Shown: one piece after another, positions 35,398 to 45,803 of the stretch
Layout of the letters: each line of letters opens with the position of its first letter
Position numbering within the stretch: position 1 is the stretch's first letter
Source of the DNA: Verrucomicrobiota bacterium
GTDB taxonomy: Bacteria; Verrucomicrobiota; Verrucomicrobiia; Verrucomicrobiales; Verrucomicrobiaceae
DNA: 64,000 bases
Assembly (NCBI GenBank): GCA_026397715.1
Contig: JAPLUN010000685.1
Location: 77 to 64,076 of the forward strand
Direction of reading: 5' to 3'
Program-made: the position numbers and the translations under genes
Notes under the pieces: generated by a model
The model's database searches: none
What the model was told of the DNA's origin: nothing
Seen by the model: only the letters and a program-made list of their open reading frames with translations

Positions 35398-36255
35398 ATG
35401 AATCCACTCGACGCTCAAATCACCAAATCCGCCGTACTTCTTGAAGCCCTGCCTTACATGCAGAGCTTCCGTGGCAGCACGTTTTTGATCAAGGTCGGCG
35501 GCAGTGCCATGGAAGACCCCGTGCAGGTGGATTCCTTCCTTCGCGACGTCGTCTTCCTCGAAGCCGTGGGCATCAATCCCGTCATCGTGCACGGTGGCGG
35601 CAAGGCGATCTCGAAAGCCATGACCGAGTCCGGACTGCAGGCCAAGTTCATCAACGGCATGCGTGTCACCGACGACGAAACGATCAAGATCGTTGAGGAA
35701 ACACTCGCCCGAGTGATCAACCCGGAGATCGTGACCAAGATCAATGCTTTTGGCGGCAAGGCCGTCGGCATTCCCGGCACGGAAGTCTTTCTGGGCGAAA
35801 AGATGAAAGGCGATCTCGGCTGGGTCGGCGAAGTCAACGACTGCAAGCTCGGGCTGATCCAAGCCGCTGTGGCCGGTGAATTCGTGCCCGTGGTTTCCCC
35901 CGTTGCCCGTGAGCTTGCCTCTGGCAAAACGCTCAATGTAAACGCCGATCTCGCGGCCTGCGGCTTGGCCAAGCGCCTCAAAGCAACAAAGCTCATCTTC
36001 CTCAGTGACGTACGTGGTGTGATGCGTGATCCAAAAGACGACACCACGCTGATCCCAAGTCTCGACGAGGCCTCCATCGCGAAGCTGAAAGCAGACGGCA
36101 TCATCAGCGGCGGCATGATTCCCAAGGTGGACTCTTCGCTCGATTCGCTGCGTGGCGGCGTGGGCAAGGTGCATCTCATCGACGGCCGTCTGCCGCATGC
36201 GCTGATTCTCGAAATCTTCACCGACGGCGGGATCGGCACCGAAATCCATTTGTAA
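35398..36255 (+). CDS. argB: Acetylglutamate kinase
   Basis: FRGSTFLIKVGGSAM, PVIVHGGG and NVNADLAA motifs. Confidence 0.9.
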   Translation: MNPLDAQITKSAVLLEALPYMQSFRGSTFLIKVGGSAMEDPVQVDSFLRDVVFLEAVGINPVIVHGGGKAISKAMTESGLQAKFINGMRVTDDETIKIVEETLARVINPEIVTKINAFGGKAVGIPGTEVFLGEKMKGDLGWVGEVNDCKLGLIQAAVAGEFVPVVSPVARELASGKTLNVNADLAACGLAKRLKATKLIFLSDVRGVMRDPKDDTTLIPSLDEASIAKLKADGIISGGMIPKVDSSLDSLRGGVGKVHLIDGRLPHALILEIFTDGGIGTEIHL

Positions 36256-36262
36256 TCCTGAG

Positions 36263-37495
36263 ATGAGAACGAGTGATCAACTGATGCAGGAGTTTGTCCT
36301 GCCGAACTACGGTCGTTACAACGTTTGGCCGGTGCGTGGCGAAGGCCCGTACGTCTGGGATCGTGACGGGAAAAAGTATCTCGACTTCGCCGGCGGAGTG
36401 GCCGTGTGCCCGCTTGGTCACTGCCCACCCACCGTGGTGAAGGCGCTCACGGAGCAGGCAAACACGCTCATCCACGTTTCAAACTGGTACTGCATCGACA
36501 AGCAGGCCGAACTGGCGCGCATCCTCGTCGAAGAATGCGTCGGCATTGCCGGCAAGTGCTTCTTCTGCAACAGCGGCGCGGAGGCCAATGAAGGCCTGCT
36601 TAAGCTGGCGCGCAAATACGGGCAGCAGACCGGCGGTCGCTACGAGATCATCACCTTCACCGGTTCCTTTCATGGCCGCACTTTCGGTGCCATGACCGCC
36701 ACGGCGCAGGAGAAAATCCATGGAGGATTTGGTCCGCTGCCGCCTGGATTCGTCTATTCACCATTCAATGACATCGCGGCACTCGAAGCTGCGATCACCG
36801 ACAAGACGGTCGCCATTCTAGTGGAACCCATTCAGGGAGAGAGCGGCGTGAACGCCGTCAGTCCCGAGTTTCTGCGCGCCGCCCAGCGCTTATGCCGGGA
36901 GAAAGATCTACTCCTGCTGCTTGATGAAGTGCAGTGCGGCTTTGGCCGTGCAGGTGAGATGGCCGGCTGGCGCAGCATCATTCCAGGAGATGAAATTCAG
37001 CCCGATGGCATCAGCTGGGCCAAGGCCATTGGCAGCGGCTTCCCGCTGGGCTCGTTCTGGGTCAATGACCGCCGCGATCTGAGCAAGACACTCGGCCCAG
37101 GCACGCACGGCACCACCTATGGCGGCTCCCCCCTCGCCTGCGCCGTGGGCATCGCCACACTGCGCACGATTTTGGACGAGCATCTCTGCGACAATGCCAA
37201 AGCTCGCGGAGCCGCCATCGCAGCCGCGGCGTGCACTTGGAATCACGTGCTGATCAAAGAAGTGCGCCAGCTCGGCCTGTTCATCGGCTTTGAACTCAAT
37301 GCCGAAGCCATCGCCACGAAATCCGGCGGCAAGCTGCCCTCCATCTTCCTTGCTCAGCAATTGCTCGATGCCGGCATGATGGTCACCCCCGCCGGCCCCA
37401 ATGTCGTGCGCTGGCTCTCACCGCTGAACATCACCGCAGCCCATGCCGACGAAGGGCTCGCCATCTTCAAGAGCGTGCTCGATCAGCTCGCGTAA
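36263..37495 (+). CDS. argD: Acetylornithine aminotransferase (class III PLP aminotransferase)
   Basis: FCNSGAEANE, LLLDEVQCGFGRAG and PLP-lysine region. Positioned inside the arg operon. Confidence 0.85.
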   Translation: MRTSDQLMQEFVLPNYGRYNVWPVRGEGPYVWDRDGKKYLDFAGGVAVCPLGHCPPTVVKALTEQANTLIHVSNWYCIDKQAELARILVEECVGIAGKCFFCNSGAEANEGLLKLARKYGQQTGGRYEIITFTGSFHGRTFGAMTATAQEKIHGGFGPLPPGFVYSPFNDIAALEAAITDKTVAILVEPIQGESGVNAVSPEFLRAAQRLCREKDLLLLLDEVQCGFGRAGEMAGWRSIIPGDEIQPDGISWAKAIGSGFPLGSFWVNDRRDLSKTLGPGTHGTTYGGSPLACAVGIATLRTILDEHLCDNAKARGAAIAAAACTWNHVLIKEVRQLGLFIGFELNAEAIATKSGGKLPSIFLAQQLLDAGMMVTPAGPNVVRWLSPLNITAAHADEGLAIFKSVLDQLA

Positions 37496-37508
37496 AACCC
37501 GCCATGAT

Positions 37509-38411
37509 ATGAAACACCTCCTTTCCATCGAAGAACTGACCCGGGAACAAATCGAGAGAATCGTCGATCTGGGCTGCGTGCTGAAAAAGGACCGCAAGGC
37601 ATCACCCCAGGTGCTCACCGGCCAGCAGTGGGCGCTCATTTTTAGCAAGTCTTCGACACGCACGCGGGTCAGCTTCGAAGTAGGCATTCGCGAACTGGGC
37701 GGCGCAGTGATGTTCCTTTCCAGCGCCGACATTCAGCTTGGCCGCGGCGAACCGATCAAGGACACCGCACGGGTGATGGGCCGCATGATTCATGGCGCGG
37801 TCATCCGCACCTTCGCCCAGCAGGATGTGGTGGATTTCGCCAAATACAGCGGCATCCCCACGATCAACGCCCTGACCGATGACGAGCACCCCTGCCAGGT
37901 GCTCGCGGATTTGCAGACGATTCAGGAACGCCTCGGCGGCTGGAAGGGCAAACGCATCTGCTTCTTGGGCGATGGCGACTGCAACATGGCCCGCTCCTGG
38001 ATCTGGGCCTCCGTGCATCTCGGCTTTGAACTCGTCATCGGAGCCCCCAAGGCGTTTCAACCGCAGGAAAGCTTCATGCATCGTGTGCCCGGCAACACCG
38101 TGAGCATTGTCGATGATCCTGCCGAAGCCGTGGGTGCCTGCGATGTCGTTTACACCGACGTCTGGGTCAGCATGGGCAAGGAAGCCGAAAGCGCCGACCG
38201 CATCGAGACTCTCAAGCCCTGGCAGATCAACTCCGCCCTCATGAAGCACGCCAACCCTGGCGCACTCGTCATGCACTGCCTGCCCGCCTACCGCGGCAAG
38301 GAAATCACCGAGGAAGTCATGGAAGCCCACGCCGATTTGATCTTCGATCAGGCTGAAAACCGTCTGCATGCGCAGAAGGCCATCATTGTGGAGCTCACGC
38401 GGAAAAGTTGA
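37509..38411 (+). CDS. argF: Ornithine carbamoyltransferase
   Basis: SKSSTRTRVSFE carbamoyl-phosphate motif and HCLPAYRG. ATG at 37509. Confidence 0.9.
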   Translation: MKHLLSIEELTREQIERIVDLGCVLKKDRKASPQVLTGQQWALIFSKSSTRTRVSFEVGIRELGGAVMFLSSADIQLGRGEPIKDTARVMGRMIHGAVIRTFAQQDVVDFAKYSGIPTINALTDDEHPCQVLADLQTIQERLGGWKGKRICFLGDGDCNMARSWIWASVHLGFELVIGAPKAFQPQESFMHRVPGNTVSIVDDPAEAVGACDVVYTDVWVSMGKEAESADRIETLKPWQINSALMKHANPGALVMHCLPAYRGKEITEEVMEAHADLIFDQAENRLHAQKAIIVELTRKS

Positions 38412-38419
38412 ATCCAGCC

Positions 38420-39232
38420 ATGAGCCCACCCGTCACCGCCAGCAGCCCTCTAGGCGTTTTTGACTCCGGCGTTGGCGGACTGACCGTCGTGCGGGCGCTG
38501 CGGGATCTGCTGCCTAATGAGTCGATCGTTTATCTCGGCGACACGGCGCGTGTACCGTATGGCTCCAAATCTCCGGATACAATCCGGCGCTTCTCGATGG
38601 AGGACACCCAGTTCCTCGTCTCCCATGGAGTGAAGGCCGTGGTAGTGGCGTGCAACACAGCCACCGCGCATGCCCTGCCGCTGCTCCAGGCCACATTTCG
38701 TGTTCCAGTGATCGGTGTGCTCGGACCCGGGGTGGAGGCAACTCTCGCCGACGCCACTTGCGAACGCGTGGGCATCATCGGCACGGCGGGCACGATCCGC
38801 AGTCATGCCTATCAGCATGAGATCGCCATGCGGCGGCCAGACATCATGATCGAGGCGCGTGCCACCCCTCTCTTGGTGCCGTTCGTGGAGGAAGGCTGGA
38901 CCGATCATCCGGCGCTCAAGTCAGTGCTGCGTGAGTATTTGAAGCCGATGCTCGACAAGGGCATCGACACCCTGGTGCTGGGCTGCACCCACTATCCGCT
39001 GCTGATTCCAGTGCTGAAGCGCATGCTGGGGCAGAAAGTGCGCCTCGTGGACTCCGCCAGCACCTGCGCGGCGCATGTGAAAGCCAGCCTTGAACAGGGC
39101 GGCCTGCTGCGGACGACCAAATCGAAACCCACGCTCGACATCTACCTCACCGATCATTCCGAACAGGCGGAAAACCTCGCCAAGCGCTTCCTGGGCACGG
39201 ATTTCGGCAAGGTGAAGAAGGCCGTCGTTTGA
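38420..39232 (+). CDS. murI: Glutamate racemase
   Basis: GVFDSGVGGLTV, VVACNTA and LGCTHYPLL motifs. A TTG at 38408 is an alternative start overlapping the argF stop. Confidence 0.9.
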   Translation: MSPPVTASSPLGVFDSGVGGLTVVRALRDLLPNESIVYLGDTARVPYGSKSPDTIRRFSMEDTQFLVSHGVKAVVVACNTATAHALPLLQATFRVPVIGVLGPGVEATLADATCERVGIIGTAGTIRSHAYQHEIAMRRPDIMIEARATPLLVPFVEEGWTDHPALKSVLREYLKPMLDKGIDTLVLGCTHYPLLIPVLKRMLGQKVRLVDSASTCAAHVKASLEQGGLLRTTKSKPTLDIYLTDHSEQAENLAKRFLGTDFGKVKKAVV

Positions 39233-39292
39233 AGCAGCCTATGGCAATCTCAAATTGCCCGGCGGTGAAGACTCGCTAGCCTGACCCACCTC

Positions 39293-40414
39293 ATGTTCCC
39301 GCGCATTTTTGACCGCTATCTTGGCCGCCAGGTCGCATCAGCCACGCTGATCGGCGTGGCGCTGCTCAGTGGCGTGATGGTTTTGGGCAATGTGTACAAA
39401 AAGCTGGACCAGCTCCTGGGCAACACAGAGCTGCCGACTTCAGTGATCGCGGAGTTCGTGATGCTGGTCATTCCATTCTCGCTCATTTTCACCATTCCCT
39501 GGGCGTTCCTGACCGGGATCCTGCTCGTGTTTGGCCGTCTGTCTGCCGACAACGAACTGGTCTCCTTACGCATGACCGGCATGTCCATGCCGCGCATCTG
39601 CGCCCCTGTCTTTGTCCTGGCCATCGCGCTGAGCGGCATTTGCCTGTGGGTGAATGTGAGCCTCGCACCGGCGGCGAAGGATCGCATGAAGCGGCTGTTT
39701 TATCAGGTGGCTGTGAAGAATCCTGAAACCCTGTTCCAGGAGGGCCAGGTGCTGGAGCGCGTGCCCGGCTACCGCATTTACACCAGCAAGCGTCATGACA
39801 AGACCCTCACAGACATGCACATCGTCATGCTTAAGGGCGCCGAGGCCAGCACCTACATCCACGCCAACAAAGCGACCCTTCACACTACTCCCGGATCGAT
39901 CGATCTGCAGATGGAACTCGAAGGCATGACGGAAGAGACCGTGCCTGTCGATGGGCAGGGCCAGCTCGGCGGACTGGCCATGAACAAGCAGTGGTTGAAA
40001 CTGCCGCTCTCAGAAATGCAGAAGGACACCGTGCGGGTGAATGCCAGCATGAAGACCACCAGCGCACTGGCCGAGGAAGTGCGCACCTGGAAGGATACGG
40101 TCACCGGCGAAGCACTGACACCTGTGTCGCGCTCCCTCTCGCTCACTGAACTGAGCAAACGCTACAGCTTCTCGATGGCCTGCTTCACTTTCGCACTGGT
40201 GGGCATTCCGCTGGGGGTGACCGCGCAACGCCGTGAGACCTCTTCGGGCTTCGCCCTCAGCTTGATCACCGCCACGGTTTACATCGTCTTCATCATTCTG
40301 GCAGACACGCTCAATGACAAACCGGCGGCGATGCCGCACCTCATCATGTGGCTGCCCAATGTGATCTTCCTTGGCATGGGCGGCTGGTTGTTCTACAAGC
40401 TCAGCCGCAAGTAA
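39293..40414 (+). CDS. LptF/LptG-family LPS export permease
   Basis: IFDRYLGRQ N-terminus, three TM helices, a large periplasmic beta-jellyroll region, then three more TM helices. Confidence 0.8.
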   Translation: MFPRIFDRYLGRQVASATLIGVALLSGVMVLGNVYKKLDQLLGNTELPTSVIAEFVMLVIPFSLIFTIPWAFLTGILLVFGRLSADNELVSLRMTGMSMPRICAPVFVLAIALSGICLWVNVSLAPAAKDRMKRLFYQVAVKNPETLFQEGQVLERVPGYRIYTSKRHDKTLTDMHIVMLKGAEASTYIHANKATLHTTPGSIDLQMELEGMTEETVPVDGQGQLGGLAMNKQWLKLPLSEMQKDTVRVNASMKTTSALAEEVRTWKDTVTGEALTPVSRSLSLTELSKRYSFSMACFTFALVGIPLGVTAQRRETSSGFALSLITATVYIVFIILADTLNDKPAAMPHLIMWLPNVIFLGMGGWLFYKLSRK

Positions 40415-40426
40415 AAGCGGCCCGTC

Positions 40427-41725
40427 TTATTTCTTCATCAAGCCCATGACCGCCGAGGTCATCGCTGTCACGCCAGTCTCGATGCTTGGCTCAGGAACAG
40501 GTTTGAAATACGGCGAATGCAGCGATGGTAGCGAGGTGCCCTTGGCTTTGGCTGCGGCCACCATTGCAGGCGGCTGCGTGCCGAGCCAGAACATGCACAG
40601 CGGCACCTTGTCCTTCGTCATGCCGTATTCGGAGAAATCTTCCGCTCCCATGACAGGCTCGCGCGTGAGGACATTGTCTGCACCGATGGCCGCCCCGATG
40701 AACCCGCGCACCTCCTGACACAGCTCCGGCTGGTTGTAGAGCGCCGTGGCGCTGTCATCTGACACGAGCACCTCCGGCATCTTGTCCGCGGGCATGCTGG
40801 CGGACTCGGCCTGGGCTTTGACGATGCGCTTGATGGAGTCAATCAGGTGCTGCCGCGTTTCCTTTTTGTAGCTGCGCAACGTAAGTTGCAGGCGCACTTC
40901 GTCGGAGATGATGTTGCTCTTCGTGCCCCCATGAATGCTGCCCACCGTGATCACCGCCGGATCTCCAGGTCTCACCTCACGGCTGACGATGGTCTGCAAG
41001 GCCAGCACGATCTGTGACGAGAGCACGATGGGGTCTTTGCAGAGGTGCGGCATCGAGCCATGCCCGCCCACGCCCTTCACCACGATTTCCACGGAGTCCA
41101 CATTCGCCAACGCAAAACCTTCCACAATACCAACCGTGCCATGCGCCATGTCAGAGGAGCAATGCAGTGCGATGGCTTTGTCAGGCTTGGGAAATTTCGA
41201 GAAGAGTCCCGCGCGCAGCATGAACCGTGCACCCAACACCCGCTCCTCTGCCGGCTGACCGATCATGACAATCGTTCCATTCCACTGATCCCGCAGTTGC
41301 ACCAAGGCCCGCGCCGTTCCCACAAAGCTGGCCATGTGCACATCATGGCCGCAGGCATGCATCACATTGACCTCACGCCCGAGATCGTCCTTCACCACCT
41401 TCGTGCTCGCATAGGGAGCCTCCGTCTGCTCCTTCACCGGCAGCGCATCGAGATCCGTGCGCACCAGAATCACTGGACCTTCCCCGTTCTTTAAAACTCC
41501 CACAACACCATGACCGCCGACGTTCTCGGTGACTTCGAGTCCAGCCTCACGCAGTTCTTTGGCGATGCGCGCAGCCGTTTCGGTCTCATGCAGCGACAGC
41601 TCTGGATTCGTGTGCAGCTCTTTGTAGAGCGTCACGAGTGATGGCAGTTCCTTTTTCACCACCGAAGAGACATCGGCAGCAGCAAGAGATGACCCGACCA
41701 GCAAAGAGAGCAAAAGCGGTTTCAT
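40427..41725 (-). CDS. M20D-family amidohydrolase (aminoacylase/hippurate hydrolase-like), secreted
   Basis: LHTNPELSLHE, MHACGHD and GQPAEE motifs. Signal peptide from the ATG at 41725. Confidence 0.85.
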   Translation of the reverse strand: MKPLLLSLLVGSSLAAADVSSVVKKELPSLVTLYKELHTNPELSLHETETAARIAKELREAGLEVTENVGGHGVVGVLKNGEGPVILVRTDLDALPVKEQTEAPYASTKVVKDDLGREVNVMHACGHDVHMASFVGTARALVQLRDQWNGTIVMIGQPAEERVLGARFMLRAGLFSKFPKPDKAIALHCSSDMAHGTVGIVEGFALANVDSVEIVVKGVGGHGSMPHLCKDPIVLSSQIVLALQTIVSREVRPGDPAVITVGSIHGGTKSNIISDEVRLQLTLRSYKKETRQHLIDSIKRIVKAQAESASMPADKMPEVLVSDDSATALYNQPELCQEVRGFIGAAIGADNVLTREPVMGAEDFSEYGMTKDKVPLCMFWLGTQPPAMVAAAKAKGTSLPSLHSPYFKPVPEPSIETGVTAMTSAVMGLMKK

Positions 41726-41770
41726 GGGATGCATTAAGCCGATGATCCCGGCGTCTTGCAAGGATCAAGG

Positions 41771-42919
41771 TTATTTGCGAGCGGCCTCTTCCCTGCGCTG
41801 CAGTTCGCGCTGGGCCTCGCGTTCGAGCTCCTCTCTTTTCAGCCTGGTGATTTCTTCGGTCACGTCTGCCTGTGCCATCGAATGATCGCCACTCTCGATC
41901 ATTTTGACGAGTTCATCATGCTTCTTTTGAATCCGGGCGACGTCAGCCATGTAACCTAAACGTCTCGCTTCGTTGAGCTGCTTTTCCAGCTGCGCCAGCT
42001 GCTTTTCCTCCATGCTGTTCGCCCGACCGGCCAGCAACAATTGTATTTCTTGGTCAGCCTGTGAGACTTTTTTGTCAGGCTTGCTCACGCTCGGAGAGAA
42101 ACCCATGGACCCCATCCACTCCGCACACCTCTCCGGCCAGGCATTGATGGGCTGCTTGTTGTCGCGCATGCCGAAGCCATGACCGCCTTTGGTGAAGAGA
42201 TGAACTTCGCACGGGATGCCGAGTTTTTTATGCTCGAGGTATAGCACGGTGGCGGCAGTGGGGTTATGGCCATCATCATGAGCACAGGCGAGGAACATGG
42301 GCGGAGCGTCCTTTGGTACGGTAAAGCCTTCCTTGAGTTTGGTGGGATCTTTAAAATCCACGAAACCACCGCCGTAGATCATGATGCCAAAATCCGGCAG
42401 CTCGGTCTTCGTGGCGCGGTCACAGGCGATGTGGGCGAGCAAGTTTCCTCCCGCACTGAAACCCAGCAGACCAACACGCTTCGGATCGAGATTCCATTCC
42501 TTGGCATGTTCGCGAACAATCGTGATCGCCCGGGCAGCATCGGCCACCGGCTTTTCATGCGGCGCGGTTTCATCGCGCGTCGGCGTGCGGTATTTGAGCA
42601 GGACGCCGGTGACACCGAGGGTGTTGAGCCATTCGCAAACCTGGCTGCCTTCGTGAATGGCGGAGAGGAAGACAAAGCCGCCGCCGGGAGCGACAATGAC
42701 GCTGGTGCCATTGGGTTTCTCCGGACGATACACGGTGATCGTGGGATCGTGAATGTCGGTGATGGTGCTTTTGCCGGCCTTGGTGCGGATAAAGTCCTCC
42801 GTGCCCTTGGAGTGCGGCAGCATCTGGCCGGGTGCGCCGTCGGGCCAGAGCTTGAGTTCAAGGGGATCGGCTGCGCACAAGCAAGCGGGAGCAATGAGCA
42901 GGAGGAGAAGATGTTTCAT
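41771..42919 (-). CDS. Alpha/beta-hydrolase esterase with about 110-aa C-terminal coiled-coil extension
   Basis: APGGGF oxyanion region, GFSAGG nucleophile elbow and GGHGF. Signal peptide present. The tail is rich in E/K/R/Q heptads and ends ...QRREEAARK. Confidence 0.8.
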   Translation of the reverse strand: MKHLLLLLIAPACLCAADPLELKLWPDGAPGQMLPHSKGTEDFIRTKAGKSTITDIHDPTITVYRPEKPNGTSVIVAPGGGFVFLSAIHEGSQVCEWLNTLGVTGVLLKYRTPTRDETAPHEKPVADAARAITIVREHAKEWNLDPKRVGLLGFSAGGNLLAHIACDRATKTELPDFGIMIYGGGFVDFKDPTKLKEGFTVPKDAPPMFLACAHDDGHNPTAATVLYLEHKKLGIPCEVHLFTKGGHGFGMRDNKQPINAWPERCAEWMGSMGFSPSVSKPDKKVSQADQEIQLLLAGRANSMEEKQLAQLEKQLNEARRLGYMADVARIQKKHDELVKMIESGDHSMAQADVTEEITRLKREELEREAQRELQRREEAARK

Positions 42920-43056
42920 TAAGTCATTTAAGCCGAGGCCAGCCCTCCCTGACAAGTCTCAAAGCAATTGGCTGGCGACCTCTTTGAGGTGTGAAGAATA
43001 AACGTCTCCAAAAGTTTGATGCGCAGGTCGAGCCACTGGCACCGTTGTTTGCCTAC

Positions 43057-44268
43057 ATGATTAAATCTCTTTCACTCCTGATCCTCGGCACTGCCATCGC
43101 CAATGCAGAGCTGCGGGTGGTCACAGACTTTGAAGGCGGCAATGCGGAGGTGCTGACGCTTGATCAGGCGGCGGCAAAGCTGCGCATCATGCCCGCGCTT
43201 CATGAAGGGCGTGGCTGGCCCTGCTGGTGGTTCCTGCGGCTGGACGGCACTACTCCAGGACAGAAGATCACGCTGGAAGTGCAGGGGCAGACGCGGCCTT
43301 TTCGTGCTGACACCGTGCTGGCCTCTTCCTGGTGCCAGCCGGACCAGGCGGTGCTGAGTCATGATGGCAAAACCTGGCAGCAGACCATCAAAGCGGAGCG
43401 CACCGCAGACAAGGTGACGGTGTACCAAATGCAGGCGGGAGGTCCCAGCCTCTGGCTGGCCTGGGGCCCGCCGTTTACGCCAGCAACGGCAGAGAGTGTG
43501 CTGGCCGGGGTGAAAGCGAAGCTGGGAGAGGAAGCGGAGCGCTTTGAACTCGCCAAAACGCGCGATGGCCGGGCGGTGAACGGCATTCGCATCGGCAAGC
43601 CCAACGCGCCACGTCAGGTATGGGTGAATGCGCGCCAGCACGCCTGGGAGGCAGGCGGCGCGTGGGTGGGGCGCGGCTTCGTGGAATGGCTCGCGAGCGC
43701 GGAGGCTCAAGATTTTCGCAAGCGCTGCTGCGTGCATTTCATTCCCATCATGGACGTGGACAATGTGACCCTCGGCGCAGGCGGCAAGGAGTCGCTGCCG
43801 CAGGATCACAACCGCGACTGGTCGGACGCACCGTATCACCCCGAAGTGACCGCAGCACAAAAGCGCATCTCCGAGATCCAGGCCACTCACGGGCTGAATG
43901 TGTTTCTGGACCTGCACAATCCCGGCCCCACGGATCGTGCGCCGTATTTCTTCGGCCCGTTCGGCTTTGAGCGCATGACCGGGGTCCAACGTGAAAACTA
44001 CCAGCGCTGGATGGATCTGGCAGCAGCGCACCTCACTGGACCGTTGAAGGTGGAGCCAAAGTACCGCTATGCCACGTATGTGAAGACGGAGGAGGAACGC
44101 GGCCGCATGAGCAGTGGCTGGGCCCGCGCGCATGGCGGTGAAGGCACGATTTCCATCACGCTGGAAACAGCTTGGAACACACCCAACAGTACAGCGGAGA
44201 ACTACATGACTGTGGGCGGTCAACTGGCCCGCGTGTTGGACGCCTACCTGAAAGAGCCGCAGCATTGA
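43057..44268 (+). CDS. M14-like zinc carboxypeptidase-family protein (CCP-like), secreted
   Basis: ARQHAWE (HxxE), NRDW, FLDLHNP (third His ligand) and ITLETAW (catalytic Glu context). Signal peptide from the ATG at 43057. Confidence 0.65.
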   Translation: MIKSLSLLILGTAIANAELRVVTDFEGGNAEVLTLDQAAAKLRIMPALHEGRGWPCWWFLRLDGTTPGQKITLEVQGQTRPFRADTVLASSWCQPDQAVLSHDGKTWQQTIKAERTADKVTVYQMQAGGPSLWLAWGPPFTPATAESVLAGVKAKLGEEAERFELAKTRDGRAVNGIRIGKPNAPRQVWVNARQHAWEAGGAWVGRGFVEWLASAEAQDFRKRCCVHFIPIMDVDNVTLGAGGKESLPQDHNRDWSDAPYHPEVTAAQKRISEIQATHGLNVFLDLHNPGPTDRAPYFFGPFGFERMTGVQRENYQRWMDLAAAHLTGPLKVEPKYRYATYVKTEEERGRMSSGWARAHGGEGTISITLETAWNTPNSTAENYMTVGGQLARVLDAYLKEPQH

Positions 44269-44292
44269 GGCCGATACCTCCCCTGCCCAGCC

Positions 44293-45747
44293 ATGCATCC
44301 TCTCGACGCCAATCGCCTCCACCTGACCCGCCGTTCCCTCTTTGGGAAAACGGCCATGGGAATTGGTGGTGCGGCGCTGGGCGGACTGCTGACACGAGAA
44401 GGTTTTGCAGCGCAGCAGCCGGATGCCTTGGCACCGGCGCTGCCGCATTTCGCGCCGAAGGCAAAACGGGTGATCTATCTGCTGCAAAACGGCGCGCCCT
44501 CGCATGTGGACCTGTTTGATTACAAACCGATGCTCAAGAAGATGCACGGCACTCAAATTCCGGACAGCATCGCAGCAGGCAAACGCTTCAGCACCATGAC
44601 GGGCGGCCAGACGGCGAGGCCGGTGCTTGGTGAGATCTCGAACTTTTCACGCCATGGCCGCAGCGGCGCAACGGTGAGCGACTTCCTGCCGCACACGGCG
44701 GCGATGGCGGACGAGCTTTGCTTCATCAAATCCCTGCACACCACGCAGGTGAATCATGCGCCGGCCATCACGTTTTTCATGACCGGCAGCGAACAGGCTG
44801 GCCGACCGGCGATTGGCTCATGGCTGAGCTACGGCCTCGGCAGTGATGCGGAGGACATGCCTGCCTTTGTGGTGATGACCTCGCGCGACAAGGAGGCGAG
44901 CTGCGGCCAGATCTTCTATGACTTCTACTGGGGCAGCGGCTTCCTCCCATCGAAGTATCAGGGTGTGAAATTTCGCGGCAGTGGCGATCCCGTTTTGTAT
45001 CTGAGCAATGCAGACGGCATGAGCCGTGAGGTGAAGCGCACCATTCTGGATGGCATTGCTGGATTCAACGAGATGAAGCTTCGTGAGTTTGGCGATCCTG
45101 AGATCGCCACGCGCATCGCGCAGTACGAGATGGCCTGCAAGATGCAGACGAGCGTGCCGGAGCTGACGGACTTCTCCGACGAGCCCAAGCACATCCTCGA
45201 CATGTACGGCCCGGACGTGATGCGGCAGGGCAGCTACGCCTACAACTGCCTCATGGCGCGTCGTCTCGCCGAGCGCGGCGTGCGCTTTGTTCAGCTGATG
45301 CACGCAGGCTGGGACCAGCACCGGAATCTGAACACGCAGCTCAAGATTCAATGCACCGACACCGATGCACCGAGTGCCGCACTGGTGAAGGACCTCAAGC
45401 AACGCGGCCTGCTGGAAGACACCCTGGTCATCTGGGGTGGCGAATTTGGCCGCACGCCCTTCCTCCAGGGTAAGATCGAGGACACCAAGCAGTGGGGCCG
45501 CGACCACCACCCCTACGTGTTCACCGTCTGGATGGCCGGTGGCGGCGTGAAGCCCGGCATGACCTACGGCGAGAGCGATGAATTCGGCTTCAACGTCGCG
45601 AAAGACGGTGTCCATGTGCACGATTTCCAGGCCACCCTGATGCACCTTCTCGGCATCGACCACGAACGCTTCACCTTCCGCTTCCAGGGCCGCCAGTTCC
45701 GCCTGACGGATGTGCATGGCAGCGTGGTCAAGCCGGTGCTGGCTTGA
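44293..45747 (+). CDS. DUF1501 domain protein (intact paralogue, Tat signal)
   Basis: LTRRSLFGK Tat motif and a full-length body, including the conserved C-terminus HDFQATLMHLLGIDHERF. Confidence 0.9.
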   Translation: MHPLDANRLHLTRRSLFGKTAMGIGGAALGGLLTREGFAAQQPDALAPALPHFAPKAKRVIYLLQNGAPSHVDLFDYKPMLKKMHGTQIPDSIAAGKRFSTMTGGQTARPVLGEISNFSRHGRSGATVSDFLPHTAAMADELCFIKSLHTTQVNHAPAITFFMTGSEQAGRPAIGSWLSYGLGSDAEDMPAFVVMTSRDKEASCGQIFYDFYWGSGFLPSKYQGVKFRGSGDPVLYLSNADGMSREVKRTILDGIAGFNEMKLREFGDPEIATRIAQYEMACKMQTSVPELTDFSDEPKHILDMYGPDVMRQGSYAYNCLMARRLAERGVRFVQLMHAGWDQHRNLNTQLKIQCTDTDAPSAALVKDLKQRGLLEDTLVIWGGEFGRTPFLQGKIEDTKQWGRDHHPYVFTVWMAGGGVKPGMTYGESDEFGFNVAKDGVHVHDFQATLMHLLGIDHERFTFRFQGRQFRLTDVHGSVVKPVLA

Positions 45748-45803
45748 GCGATGTCTCACATCCCGGTTGCATCCCGCTCCCGCCGAGTGTTTGAGTCGTT
45801 TCA